DNA of 64,000 nucleotides from contig JANJGN010000003.1 of the NCBI GenBank assembly GCA_026770705.1, positions 204,476,001 to 204,540,000 of the forward strand. Reading direction: 5' to 3'. The translations under genes were made by a program, and so were the position numbers. This document shows positions 63,558-64,000 of the stretch, piece by piece. The stretch comes from Isurus oxyrinchus (Eukaryota). Below the pieces are notes generated by a model. The model was given only the letters and a program-made list of their open reading frames with translations. It was not told the origin of the DNA and ran no database searches. Every line of letters begins with the position of its first letter. Positions within the stretch are counted from its first letter, which is position 1.

Positions 63558-64000
63558 GGGCAGAATCGCCCCAGATTTGCATTAAGTGCGGTAGCGGGCA
63601 GGGAAAACTGCTGGCCACAATGGTGGCTTCTCACTCCGCATCATCCCAAACCCACTAACTATGCATTAACTACGCATTCCCAGGAAAAACGCCGTTTCCA
63701 TGGCAGGCAGGCAAGCTCCGATTCACCCATCACACCATCACCTCACTTCTTCATCACACCAGGCGCCACATTTAAAGTATACCCGCAGGCACCTCTCAGT
63801 GCTTCCAGCCCAGGACTGCTGCAGATAAGACAAGGCCCCAAAAGGCAAGAACACTGTGCTCCCAGGTTTAGTGACGTGTCTCTCAAGCACTTTTTGGAAG
63901 CTGTGGAGGCCTGTCATGATGTTCTCTCCTCCGCCATGATGTTCTCTATCCCTGCTCTAGCTGCAGGAGGAGCAGCACCATTACTACTCCGGCTTGTAGG
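63558..64000 (+). mobile_element. Third copy of the Myb-exon-1 Harbinger family, opposite orientation, cut by the window edge
   Basis: gggcagaatcgccccagatttgca is the reverse complement of the 20734 end; KGKNTVLPG / FSDVSLKHFLEAVEACHDVL. Confidence 0.85.

Overview
Eukaryotic, repeat-dense, intergenic/intronic vertebrate DNA. The repeat set (HE1-type SINE, Deu-domain SINEs, CR1 LINEs, a characteristic Penelope-end repeat) points to a shark/elasmobranch; this is inference, not a database result. No intact recognisable host gene was found, and most ORF-track entries are noise or transposon fragments. The window contains: (i) three decayed two-gene PIF/Harbinger DNA transposons (about 5421-9242, 25314-29472, 46260-52407), each with a DDE transposase on + and a convergent intron-containing Myb/SANT gene on -; (ii) Myb-only and non-coding Harbinger derivatives sharing a GGGCNGAATTTT-like terminus and 3-bp TSDs; (iii) one full-length but dead Gypsy LTR retrotransposon (14148-19363, minus) and probable solo LTRs; (iv) many CR1 and SINE fragments; (v) a recurring class of very small (about 100-350 bp) Penelope-end insertions, mostly fold-back, with 9-15 bp TSDs and a minimal hammerhead-ribozyme-like motif. 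One of these has captured an inverted 181-bp copy of neighbouring genomic DNA. There is a 177-N assembly gap at 32896-33072.
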